From positions 3,034,618 to 3,098,617 of the forward strand of contig OY820932.1 of the NCBI GenBank assembly GCA_963682015.1: a stretch of 64,000 nucleotides of DNA, written 5' to 3'. The notes beneath the pieces were generated by a model. It did not search any database and was not told the DNA's origin. It was given only the letters and a program-made list of their open reading frames with translations. Both the position numbers and the translations under genes were made by a program. Below, one piece after another: positions 47,977-56,483 of the stretch (position 1 is its first letter; every line of letters starts with the position of its first letter). This DNA comes from Smithellaceae bacterium (lineage in GTDB: Bacteria > Desulfobacterota > Syntrophia > Syntrophales > Smithellaceae).

Positions 47977-49518
47977 CAATGCTGTTGAATTAAGGAAAGG
48001 CAATATTGTCCGTGTCCGTAATATATTGGAATTAGTGAATAAACGCATTGACAACAATTTTCTTCTGTGCAAAATATCTTACAAAGTTCGGCAACTAAAG
48101 GCGAATTTTTTCGAAGAAAGTAACTGAAAGGACTTCATTATGGCACACATCATGACTTGAAAAAATATGCCACATTAACGCGTACGCAAAAAAATTTGTA
48201 AAGATTATTCCTCGGACAATTGATCCTTCAAAGAAACAGACCCCAAAAGATTTCACCCGTAACAACAAACTCACCTTTCCAAAACTCATCACCTTTATTC
48301 TCTCTATAACTGCCAGTGGAAGCAGCAAGGGTGTGGATATAAAATCGAGTGACTTTTTTCGAAACGCCAAACGTAGCGGTCTTTGGCCAGACGCCGAAGC
48401 GATCCACCGCAGCACCCTCACCAAAGCACGTGGTAAGATTGATTGGCAGGTTTTTCAATACATCCTCAAGGATGCGGTGCAGTTAGCTTATGATTGTTGG
48501 CCCAAAATCCCAAAATATCTGTGGCATGGTTTGTCGGTCTTTGCCATAGATGGTTCTTTCTACACTCTTCCGGCAACCCAAGACATCCGAAAAGAGTTTG
48601 ATCCAAAAAGTGGACTGCAACATTGCGGTAAAGGACACTTTCCGCAGTGTAGGGTTTCCACTGTCTATGATATCTTCAGACGTCTTCCTATAGCAAGAAG
48701 CGTGGTTACTGTTAATTCATCCGAACGTGATGAAGCGAAAAACCTGTTACCTTTCATTCCCATCAACAGTGTCTTGCTTTTCGACCGAGGTTACCCAAGC
48801 TATGAGTTCATCTCTTACTTGTTAAATACGTTCACAGGTTATTTTATCTTCCGTTGTCCGGCACAACATGCCTTCCCTGCTGTCGAAGAATTTATCGAGA
48901 GCGGCAAGCAGGAAGACGAGATTTTGATCGTTCCAAGCGGAAAATACCTGGCCAAGGTATCCGCAATGCAAAGAGAGACGCTTAAAGCCTTCAAGGTCAG
49001 GATTATAAAACTGGTAAGTCCTGATGGCACGGTATCTGTCCTTTTGACCAACCTGTACAACCAAAAAGAATTCCCGATGCAAGAAATCATCGCGCTTTAT
49101 TTCAGGCGATGGGAGATCGAAAACCACTATCGAGATGAAAAAATTGAGCTCGAAGTGGAAAGATTCCATGGCAAAACATGTAATAGTATTCGTCAGGAAC
49201 TATTTTCGGCCGTGATCATGACAGTCATTTCGAGAACTCTCATGGTTCTGTCATCGCAGCTATTCCAAAAGGAGTCCAAAGAACCCCAGTTTAAGAATGC
49301 TATTATGACTCTTGCAGCAGAAGCTGCGGTGCTCACTGCCGATGATCCTGAAAAATCCATTGAAATTTTTCGATCCATTTTGCATAATATCTACCGTGTA
49401 AAGTACTACCGCCCAAAACTTCCCAGACCAGGTCAACCGCGTGTGACTAAAAAAAGCCTGAATCGATGGGTTTTTAAGAAAATTAGGAATCTCGCTAATG
49501 CTTAATTCAACAGCATTG
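47977..49518 (+). mobile_element. IS4-family insertion sequence, copy A (1542 bp)
   Basis: 18-bp terminal inverted repeats CAATGCTGTTGAATTAAG, flanked by the 11-bp direct repeat GGTGTGGGGGC (47966-47976 / 49519-49529). Confidence 0.85.
48333..49505 (+). CDS. IS4-family DDE transposase
   Basis: DDE motifs VFAIDGS, LLFDRGY and YFRRWEIENHYRDEK (Y-2-R-3-E-6-K). The frame stays open upstream to 48156 and encodes a typical N-terminus (FTRNNKLTFPKLITFIL), so the true start is unclear. Confidence 0.85.
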   Translation: MDIKSSDFFRNAKRSGLWPDAEAIHRSTLTKARGKIDWQVFQYILKDAVQLAYDCWPKIPKYLWHGLSVFAIDGSFYTLPATQDIRKEFDPKSGLQHCGKGHFPQCRVSTVYDIFRRLPIARSVVTVNSSERDEAKNLLPFIPINSVLLFDRGYPSYEFISYLLNTFTGYFIFRCPAQHAFPAVEEFIESGKQEDEILIVPSGKYLAKVSAMQRETLKAFKVRIIKLVSPDGTVSVLLTNLYNQKEFPMQEIIALYFRRWEIENHYRDEKIELEVERFHGKTCNSIRQELFSAVIMTVISRTLMVLSSQLFQKESKEPQFKNAIMTLAAEAAVLTADDPEKSIEIFRSILHNIYRVKYYRPKLPRPGQPRVTKKSLNRWVFKKIRNLANA

Positions 49519-49685
49519 GGTGTGGGGGCTGGGGGAGAAAAACCCCCGGCTACCCGATTGAACTAACTCATCGCATAGGAGTATATCTTAAATGCTGCAC
49601 GCGTTTAAATTCCAATAGGGGTGGGTCCTGACTACATTGTTTGCAATGAAGCTTAAAATAAAATATTTCATGATCCATAAAAAAA

Positions 49686-51010
49686 CACTACTGTCCCAAC
49701 GTTTTCGTAAGGTGATGATGTAAGTTATAGAAAACAATGAGAATAAGCAATAAAAAGTTATTTATCGATTTGAAATATTTTTTTCTGGAATGCCATAGTC
49801 TCGCATTAAATGGCGAGGAGATGGCCGATGAATTCTGGAAGAACGATATTTGCGCAGATCATGGACTATTTGCCGACTTACGAATTCCGGCAATGCGTAG
49901 AACGATATGCAGGAAACTACAAAGTCAAAAGCTTTTCCTGTTGGGATCAATTCTTAAGCATGGCCTTTGCTCAACTGACATACAGAGAAAGTCTACGGGA
50001 TATTCAAGCCTGCCTTCGTGCAGCCAAACAGAAGACCTATCACATGGGCATCCGCGGAAAGATTTCCCGCAATACACTGGCTCATGCCAACCAGACAAGA
50101 GACTGGCACATCTACGCCGACTTCGCCCAAGTCCTGATCCGGAAAGCTCGACAACTTTATGCCAACGATTCGTTCGGCATAGAATTGGACCAAACCATTT
50201 ACGCGCTGGACGCCACAACCATCGACCTTTGTCTTTCGCTTTTCCCGTGGGCAACGTTTCGCAAAAACAAGGGTGCGGTGAAACTGCACGCTCTTCTCGA
50301 TTTGAAAGGAAACATTCCAACGATCGCCTTTATTACCAGCGGGAAAGTTCACGAAGTCAACATTCTCGACAAACTGCCGATAGAAGCAGGCGCTATTTAC
50401 ATCATGGATCGTGGCTATCTGGATTACGCGCGCCTTTACAGGTTACATCAATCAGCAGCCTATTTTGTAACACGTGCCAAGAGCAATGCCAGATACGATT
50501 GTTGTTATTACCAGAAGATCAACAAAACGACCGGTCTAAAATCCGACCAAGTCGTAACCTTACACGGCTACTACACCAGGAAAGATTATCCCGAAAGGCT
50601 CAGGCGTATTGCTTATTACGACGAAGCACGGAACAAGAAACTGATTTTTCTAACCAACAACTTCGCCGTACCGGCCCTGACCATCACGGAGATTTATCAC
50701 AAACGCTGGCAGATCGAATTGTTTTTCAAATGGATCAAGCAACACCTACGGATCAAAGCGTTTTACGGTACGTCCGAGAACGCGGTAAAAACACAAATCT
50801 GGATAGCCATCTCTGTTTATGTTCTGGTGGCAATTATCAAGAAGCAGTTGAACCTGGAGGAGAGTCTCTACACAATTTTACAAATTATCAGCGTAACGCT
50901 TTTTGAGAGAATACCGCTTTTACAAGCGCTTACGGATATTGAGGTTGCATCGGAAAATATAGAAATCAGCAACCAAATGAATTTATTCGATTAACGTTGG
51001 GACAGTAGTG
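49686..51010 (+). mobile_element. IS4-family insertion sequence (DUF4372-type transposase)
   Basis: 18-bp inverted repeats CACTACTGTCCCAACGTT (49686-49703 / 50993-51010) with the 9-bp target duplication ATAAAAAAA (49677-49685 / 51011-51019). Confidence 0.85.
49828..50994 (+). CDS. IS4-family DDE transposase with DUF4372 N-terminal domain
   Basis: MNSGRTIFAQIMDYLPTYEFRQCVERY.., with DDE motifs YALDATTIDL, YIMDRGYLD and YHKRWQIELFFKWIK. Confidence 0.85.
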   Translation: MNSGRTIFAQIMDYLPTYEFRQCVERYAGNYKVKSFSCWDQFLSMAFAQLTYRESLRDIQACLRAAKQKTYHMGIRGKISRNTLAHANQTRDWHIYADFAQVLIRKARQLYANDSFGIELDQTIYALDATTIDLCLSLFPWATFRKNKGAVKLHALLDLKGNIPTIAFITSGKVHEVNILDKLPIEAGAIYIMDRGYLDYARLYRLHQSAAYFVTRAKSNARYDCCYYQKINKTTGLKSDQVVTLHGYYTRKDYPERLRRIAYYDEARNKKLIFLTNNFAVPALTITEIYHKRWQIELFFKWIKQHLRIKAFYGTSENAVKTQIWIAISVYVLVAIIKKQLNLEESLYTILQIISVTLFERIPLLQALTDIEVASENIEISNQMNLFD

Positions 51011-51539
51011 ATAAAAAAATTATTGTAACTGTATTTGCAGTCCGTAGTGTTTTTATAACCTGGCTGACATGATAAGCGTGTTGGCTCTATATACTTATCT
51101 GTGTTAACAAACATTTTTGTCTCACATAATAATATATTATTGTTTGGTGATAATGGCGAATAGCTAATATCGATCGTAAGATCATTATTGTCATATTTCC
51201 ATTCCCATGGAATAAAAGGAAGAAATGGTGGACCAATAGATAGTTGCTCAATGCTAATCGAAGACCGAACATACATTGTAAATCCATCACATTTGTAACT
51301 GTATGTCGCAAACTTCGTCTCCCCTATGTACAATTCGGCGCCCCGATATTCCGTTTTTTCCCATCCCTTCGAATATTGCGCTTGATAGTACGTATCTTTG
51401 GACAAGAAGGAACAACCTGCTTGTAAGAAAATAAATATTATACTCAAGAAACTGATTATCTTACTTACTACTTTATTTGTACTCGCTGTTATCTCGTGGT
51501 TGAGATGATATTGATTATCATTCATTTATCATTCGTCCT

Positions 51540-51592
51540 GTTCAACGACAACATCAGCCGGAGCCGCGCAGCGGCGATCGGCTGTATGTATT
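51540..51592 (-). repeat. attC site, R' half (split by the group II intron; the remainder is at ~55036-55045)
   Basis: GTTCAAC GACAACATCAGCCGGAGCCGCGCAGCGGCGATCGGCTG on the plus strand is almost identical to the core of the attC at 55473-55533. Confidence 0.55.
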
Positions 51593-52063
51593 GTGTACGC
51601 CCGGCACGGGCGTGAACTTATGGGGTGCAAGTCCCCTGTACGAGAATCCTGTTAAAGTTTCAAAGTTGGGAAACATTAACAAAAGTATTAGCCGAAGGCA
51701 AGGGCGGAATCGCGAGAGACCGTCTGAAGGAAGCCGGAGTGCAAACCGATGAGCCGACGAACAGAAACAGCATACAAGGCCCAGTCTCCGGGCAAGTCAG
51801 CACAACATGACAACACCCCGGATTCGGGAGACAGGGTAAATGCTGCGGTTGCATCGGGACAGTTCACGTTCTTATCCGGGGAGACCTGCCCGACAAGGGA
51901 CCGTAATTGCGGAACCGCTCTGTGTGGCAACATGCAGGGTGATCGGGCAGGAGTCAGCAGCGGCCGTAGTAGGCGCGAGGAAACAAGCCCGGCGAAAGGA
52001 AAGAAAAGCCGGGAAAGACTTACCCCGCCGAAGGGCCAAACACAGAGAAGGGGAAGAACAACC

Positions 52064-53404
52064 ATGAGCTCTCATAACACGAAGAATCCGCACGGAGGAG
52101 TGTCCGTGAGGCGCGTGATGGAATCGTTCGACCCAGATGAGAACCTGCTTATGCGGATTTTCTCCAAAGAGAACATGGTGGAAGCGTGGAAACGGGTGAA
52201 GTCCAATCAAGGCGCACCCGGCGTCGATGGAATCAGCATTGAACAATTCCCCGAACACACCAGACCTCTCTGGGCTCAAATCCGACAATCTCTTTTAGCA
52301 GGCACTTACCAACCTCAACCGGTCAAACGGGTGGAAATCCCTAAAGCAACCGGGGGCACCCGCCCTCTGGGGATTCCAACGGTTCTGGACCGGCTGATCC
52401 AACAGGCGATCGCTCAGGTTCTGAGTCCGATCTTTGATCCGGGGTTTTCCGAATCAAGTTTCGGTTTCCGTCCCGGACGGTCCGCCCATCATGCGGTTTA
52501 TCAGGCCCGGGAGTATATTCGGGAAGGCTGCCGCATCGTTGTCGATGTGGACCTGTCGAAGTTTTTCGACACGGTTCATCATGATGTTCTGATGCTCCGG
52601 GTAGCGCGAAAGGTTCGCGACAGGCGGGTATTACGCCTCATCGGGAAATACCTGCGCGCCGGGGTCATAGTCAATGGCCGTCTCCAGGAAACCCTTTTGG
52701 GAGTTCCTCAGGGCGGACCACTGTCACCATTACTGGCCAACATCCTCTTGGATGATCTGGATAAAGAGCTGGAGAAACGGGGCCACCGGTTTGCCCGGTA
52801 TGCGGATGACTTCATGATTCTGGTCAGAAGCGAAAGAGCGGGCAAGCGGGTCATGGAAAGCCTGAAGCGCTTTCTGGAAAATCGTCTCAAGCTCAGGATC
52901 AATCAGGAGAAAAGCCGGGTGGTTCCAACAAATCAGGCCAAATTCCTTGGTTTCATTTTCCGTGGAACCAGAATTGTCTGGTCAGAGAAGGCCTTCCTTG
53001 AATGTAAGCGAAGGATCAGGGAACTGACCGGACGGTCGTGGTTTGTCTCAATGGACTACCGCTACAAGAAGCTTGCCGAATACCTTCGCGGTTGGATGAA
53101 CTATTTCGGGATTTCGGAATATTACCATCCGATTCCTGAAATCGATCACTGGCTGAGAAGGCGTCTGCGCATGTGCTATCTCAAACAGTGGCGCAAAGCA
53201 AAGACCAAGGTGAGGGAGCTTCGCAGGCTGGGAACGTCGCTTGCCACGGCCATCTCTGTGGCGATAAGCCGCAAAGGGCCGTGGCGGCTGGCGAAGACGC
53301 TGGCAACGCAGACCGGCATGACGAATCGATGGTTAAAGGATCAAGGGTTGTTGTCTGTAAAAGACTTGTGGGTGAACATTCACTACCCGGCTAAGGCCCG
53401 GTAA
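52064..53404 (+). CDS. Group II intron reverse transcriptase/maturase (no endonuclease domain)
   Basis: GAPGVDGISIEQF, RPLGIPTVLDRLIQQA, FARYADDFMILV (YADD) and the X-domain FLGFIF..YLRGWMNYF. The product ends right after the thumb domain. The ATG at 52064 has a GGGGAAG RBS. Confidence 0.9.
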   Translation: MSSHNTKNPHGGVSVRRVMESFDPDENLLMRIFSKENMVEAWKRVKSNQGAPGVDGISIEQFPEHTRPLWAQIRQSLLAGTYQPQPVKRVEIPKATGGTRPLGIPTVLDRLIQQAIAQVLSPIFDPGFSESSFGFRPGRSAHHAVYQAREYIREGCRIVVDVDLSKFFDTVHHDVLMLRVARKVRDRRVLRLIGKYLRAGVIVNGRLQETLLGVPQGGPLSPLLANILLDDLDKELEKRGHRFARYADDFMILVRSERAGKRVMESLKRFLENRLKLRINQEKSRVVPTNQAKFLGFIFRGTRIVWSEKAFLECKRRIRELTGRSWFVSMDYRYKKLAEYLRGWMNYFGISEYYHPIPEIDHWLRRRLRMCYLKQWRKAKTKVRELRRLGTSLATAISVAISRKGPWRLAKTLATQTGMTNRWLKDQGLLSVKDLWVNIHYPAKAR

Positions 53405-53453
53405 TCTCTGTGAACCGCCCGGTGCGGACCCGCATGCCGGGTGGTGTGGGGGC

Positions 53454-54995
53454 CAATGCTGTTGAATTAAGCATTAGCGAGATTCCTAATTTTCTTAAAA
53501 ACCCATCGATTCAGGCTTTTTTTAGTCACACGCGGTTGACCTGGTCTGGGAAGTTTTGGGCGGTAGTACTTTACACGGTAGATATTATGCAAAATGGATC
53601 GAAAAATTTCAATGGATTTTTCAGGATCATCGGCAGTGAGCACCGCAGCTTCTGCTGCAAGAGTCATAATAGCATTCTTAAACTGGGGTTCTTTGGACTC
53701 CTTTTGGAATAGCTGCGATGACAGAACCATGAGAGTTCTCGAAATGACTGTCATGATCACGGCCGAAAATAGTTCCTGACGAATACTATTACATGTTTTG
53801 CCATGGAATCTTTCCACTTCGAGCTCAATTTTTTCATCTCGATAGTGGTTTTCGATCTCCCATCGCCTGAAATAAAGCGCGATGATTTCTTGCATCGGGA
53901 ATTCTTTTTGGTTGTACAGGTTGGTCAAAAGGACAGATACCGTGCCATCAGGACTTACCAGTTTTATAATCCTGACCTTGAAGGCTTTAAGCGTCTCTCT
54001 TTGCATTGCGGATACCTTGGCCAGGTATTTTCCGCTTGGAACGATCAAAATCTCGTCTTCCTGCTTGCCGCTCTCGATAAATTCTTCGACAGCAGGGAAG
54101 GCATGTTGTGCCGGACAACGGAAGATAAAATAACCTGTGAACGTATTTAACAAGTAAGAGATGAACTCATAGCTTGGGTAACCTCGGTCGAAAAGCAAGA
54201 CACTGTTGATGGGAATGAAAGGTAACAGGTTTTTCGCTTCATCACGTTCGGATGAATTAACAGTAACCACGCTTCTTGCTATAGGAAGACGTCTGAAGAT
54301 ATCATAGACAGTGGAAACCCTACACTGCGGAAAGTGTCCTTTACCGCAATGTTGCAGTCCACTTTTTGGATCAAACTCTTTTCGGATGTCTTGGGTTGCC
54401 GGAAGAGTGTAGAAAGAACCATCTATGGCAAAGACCGACAAACCATGCCACAGATATTTTGGGATTTTGGGCCAACAATCATAAGCTAACTGCACCGCAT
54501 CCTTGAGGATGTATTGAAAAACCTGCCAATCAATCTTACCACGTGCTTTGGTGAGGGTGCTGCGGTGGATCGCTTCGGCGTCTGGCCAAAGACCGCTACG
54601 TTTGGCGTTTCGAAAAAAGTCACTCGATTTTATATCCACACCCTTGCTGCTTCCACTGGCAGTTATAGAGAGAATAAAGGTGATGAGTTTTGGAAAGGTG
54701 AGTTTGTTGTTACGGGTGAAATCTTTTGGGGTCTGTTTCTTTGAAGGATCAATTGTCCGAGGAATAATCTTTACAAATTTTTTTGCGTACGCGTTAATGT
54801 GGCATATTTTTTCAAGTCATGATGTGTGCCATAATGAAGTCCTTTCAGTTACTTTCTTCGAAAAAATTCGCCTTTAGTTGCCGAACTTTGTAAGATATTT
54901 TGCACAGAAGAAAATTGTTGTCAATGCGTTTATTCACTAATTCCAATATATTACGGACACGGACAATATTGCCTTTCCTTAATTCAACAGCATTG
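53454..54995 (-). mobile_element. IS4-family insertion sequence, copy B (appears identical to copy A, inverted)
   Basis: Same 18-bp inverted repeats and same 11-bp duplication GGTGTGGGGGC (53443-53453 / 54996-55006). Confidence 0.85.
53467..54639 (-). CDS. IS4-family DDE transposase (copy B)
   Basis: The protein in the ORF track is identical to 48333-49505. Confidence 0.85.
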   Translation of the reverse strand: MDIKSSDFFRNAKRSGLWPDAEAIHRSTLTKARGKIDWQVFQYILKDAVQLAYDCWPKIPKYLWHGLSVFAIDGSFYTLPATQDIRKEFDPKSGLQHCGKGHFPQCRVSTVYDIFRRLPIARSVVTVNSSERDEAKNLLPFIPINSVLLFDRGYPSYEFISYLLNTFTGYFIFRCPAQHAFPAVEEFIESGKQEDEILIVPSGKYLAKVSAMQRETLKAFKVRIIKLVSPDGTVSVLLTNLYNQKEFPMQEIIALYFRRWEIENHYRDEKIELEVERFHGKTCNSIRQELFSAVIMTVISRTLMVLSSQLFQKESKEPQFKNAIMTLAAEAAVLTADDPEKSIEIFRSILHNIYRVKYYRPKLPRPGQPRVTKKSLNRWVFKKIRNLANA

Positions 54996-55034
54996 GGTGT
55001 GGGGGCTGGGGGAGAAAAACCCCCGGCTACCCGA

Positions 55035-55463
55035 TTACGTTTTATTATTTAGTTCCATCCTGTAGTGGGATTCGAGAGCCTTTAGTAAGCTGTTTGTTGA
55101 ATTATTTATATGCTCAATGGCGGGTAAACGTTTAAGACCCGGATAAAAATATTCTAATTCCTTCCCTTTATACACTGGATTAATCATTATGATGCACTGT
55201 TGCAATTCTTGATTTTCTGGATAAATATTAGCAATTCCCATTTCTAAAGCTCTGGACCATGCTGCTTCAAGATTATGGCCAATGGATTTCAATTCATTTT
55301 CATCTTTATTCGCAAAATAGATATATGACTTTAAAGCTAATTCAATTGCATGCAAATACAAGTAGTATACTGGTAAAGGTGACGACGAACCATTATTAAT
55401 TTGATTCGCGCTCTCGCAGAAGCCCTGTCCAGTTGTCAGTAATCCAATGTGATGTGTGTCCAT
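55035..55463 (-). CDS. Integron cassette protein, HEPN-like helical domain (tentative)
   Basis: YLYLHAIELALKSYIYF....LKSIGHNLEAAWSRA resembles the helix-2/helix-3 pattern of HEPN domains. The start lies 9 nt after an attC R' box, and the stop abuts the intron-split attC. Confidence 0.4.
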   Translation of the reverse strand: MDTHHIGLLTTGQGFCESANQINNGSSSPLPVYYLYLHAIELALKSYIYFANKDENELKSIGHNLEAAWSRALEMGIANIYPENQELQQCIIMINPVYKGKELEYFYPGLKRLPAIEHINNSTNSLLKALESHYRMELNNKT

Positions 55464-55472
55464 ATTTTATAT

Positions 55473-55533
55473 ACGTAACGAAAAGCTAAGCCGGAGCCGC
55501 GAAGCGGCGATCGGCTTTAGCGACGGGTTATGG
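55473..55533 (-). repeat. attC site
   Basis: The minus strand reads CCATAAC...GTTACGT. Arms GCTAAGCCG/CGGCTTTAGC and GCCGC/GCGGC pair. The stop codon of 55528-56295 lies inside R''. Confidence 0.6.
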
Positions 55534-56295
55534 TTTTACATACTTTTCTAACCGCACAAGAAAGTGATGAATTACTAAAATTACAAGTTGTAGTCTGAAA
55601 GTTGAATCTAATTGCTCAGAAAGACCAGGATGCGAACCTTGTGGATGAAGACGCTTCCAGAATCCTTCAATAAACCCCGTGCCATTGTTCAAGTATTCGT
55701 TATAGTCTTTTATGAAAAAGCCCGCTTTTGCGAGAGCGATTTTTCTTTCATTACTCGTTTGGTAGTTACCAGGGCAGACTATATTTTGTGCTTTATCAAA
55801 AAATTCTTCCACAAATGTGCGAAGTTGCGAATTAGCGGACGCCCAATCACCACGCGCGTGTGCCGCCACTGCTTGATCATAATGCCCCTTAGCTGTGCTA
55901 AATCCAAGTTTTTCTAAGATAGCGATCATTTGATCTTCTTGATGAGCGATGGGCAATTCCGAAGGAAGAATCTTTTTCAATCCATCGTTTGTTAATTTAA
56001 AGCCGTCTCTTTCAAGTGAATGTGCAAGCTCTGGATGTCTTTCTGATAACGGTTCTAAACCTCGGCATTTTTTTATAATATGTTCGATTACTTCAATTGC
56101 TAATTTTGAACCATTCGGCCCCTTAGCATCTGGATTTGATATGAGGTATTTAACAATTGATGTTCCTTTTTGCTTCACGTATGCGCCTTCAATTGAATCT
56201 TCAAGCCCAAATTCAACTGCAAAACGTTCCACTTCGTCATGAGTTTGAAAATTCAAGGCATTGATTATTTCAAGAATTGTCTTTCGAGAAAACAT
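55528..56295 (-). CDS. Integron cassette protein of unknown function (possible C-terminal Rx6H HEPN-like motif)
   Basis: A clean 255-aa ORF that starts 15 nt after an attC R' box. The all-helical C-terminal half contains WKRLHPQGSHPG. No family recognised. Confidence 0.4.
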   Translation of the reverse strand: MFSRKTILEIINALNFQTHDEVERFAVEFGLEDSIEGAYVKQKGTSIVKYLISNPDAKGPNGSKLAIEVIEHIIKKCRGLEPLSERHPELAHSLERDGFKLTNDGLKKILPSELPIAHQEDQMIAILEKLGFSTAKGHYDQAVAAHARGDWASANSQLRTFVEEFFDKAQNIVCPGNYQTSNERKIALAKAGFFIKDYNEYLNNGTGFIEGFWKRLHPQGSHPGLSEQLDSTFRLQLVILVIHHFLVRLEKYVKP

Positions 56296-56308
56296 GATTT
56301 AATTTCCA

Positions 56309-56373
56309 CCATAACGAAAAGCTCAGCCGGAGCAAGCCAGCGGCTTGCGATCGGCTGTAGCGACGGGTTGAAC
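56309..56373 (-). repeat. attC site
   Basis: The minus strand reads GTTCAAC...GTTATGG. Arms GCTCAGCCG/CGGCTGTAGC and GCAAGCC/GGCTTGC pair. Confidence 0.6.
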
Positions 56374-56483
56374 GAAGCCGTGCAGGGCACGGCGGTTAAA
56401 TCATCCTGTCAATCTTCCCGCAAAAAGTATCTCCTTGATTCAGGTCAGAAACAAAAACGCAAAAACCTGAAAGGAGAAACATC

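Larger units (their letters stand above)
47740..49558 (+). mobile_element. 5'-truncated group II intron remnant (last ~280 nt) carrying IS4 copy A
   Basis: 47740-47976 and 49519-49558 match 53217-53453 and 54996-55035 of the full intron. I saw one mismatch. Confidence 0.8.
49568..51525 (-). pseudogene. Cassette ORF (membrane-anchored, unknown function) interrupted by the DUF4372-type IS
   Basis: The track ORF 50983-51525 ends inside the IS. Removing 49686-51010 plus one copy of the 9-bp duplication restores an in-frame continuation (..YNNFFMDHEIFYFKLHCKQCSQDPPLLEFKRVQHLRYTPMR*) that stops at 49568. Confidence 0.6.
51593..55035 (+). mobile_element. Group II intron (bacterial class C-like, attC-associated), itself interrupted by IS4 copy B
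   Basis: It encodes an RT/maturase ORF. A domain V-like hairpin GAACCGCCCGGUGCGGACCCGCAUGCCGGGUGGU lies at ~53411-53446, and a domain VI-like helix GCUGGGGGAGAAAAACCCCCGGCUACCCGAU lies at the 3' end. Length without the IS is ~1.89 kb. The 5' boundary (GUGUACG) is +/-10 nt. Confidence 0.8.

Noticed and set aside
49737-50906. 389-aa ORF in an alternative frame inside the DUF4372-type IS.
   Set aside because: It overlaps the frame that carries clear DDE motifs. Its own translation is Ser/Arg/Gln-rich with no motifs.
51749-52063. 105-codon N-terminal extension of the RT/maturase ORF in the track.
   Set aside because: This stretch corresponds to intron RNA domains I-III. Conserved RT sequence begins after the RBS-preceded ATG at 52064.
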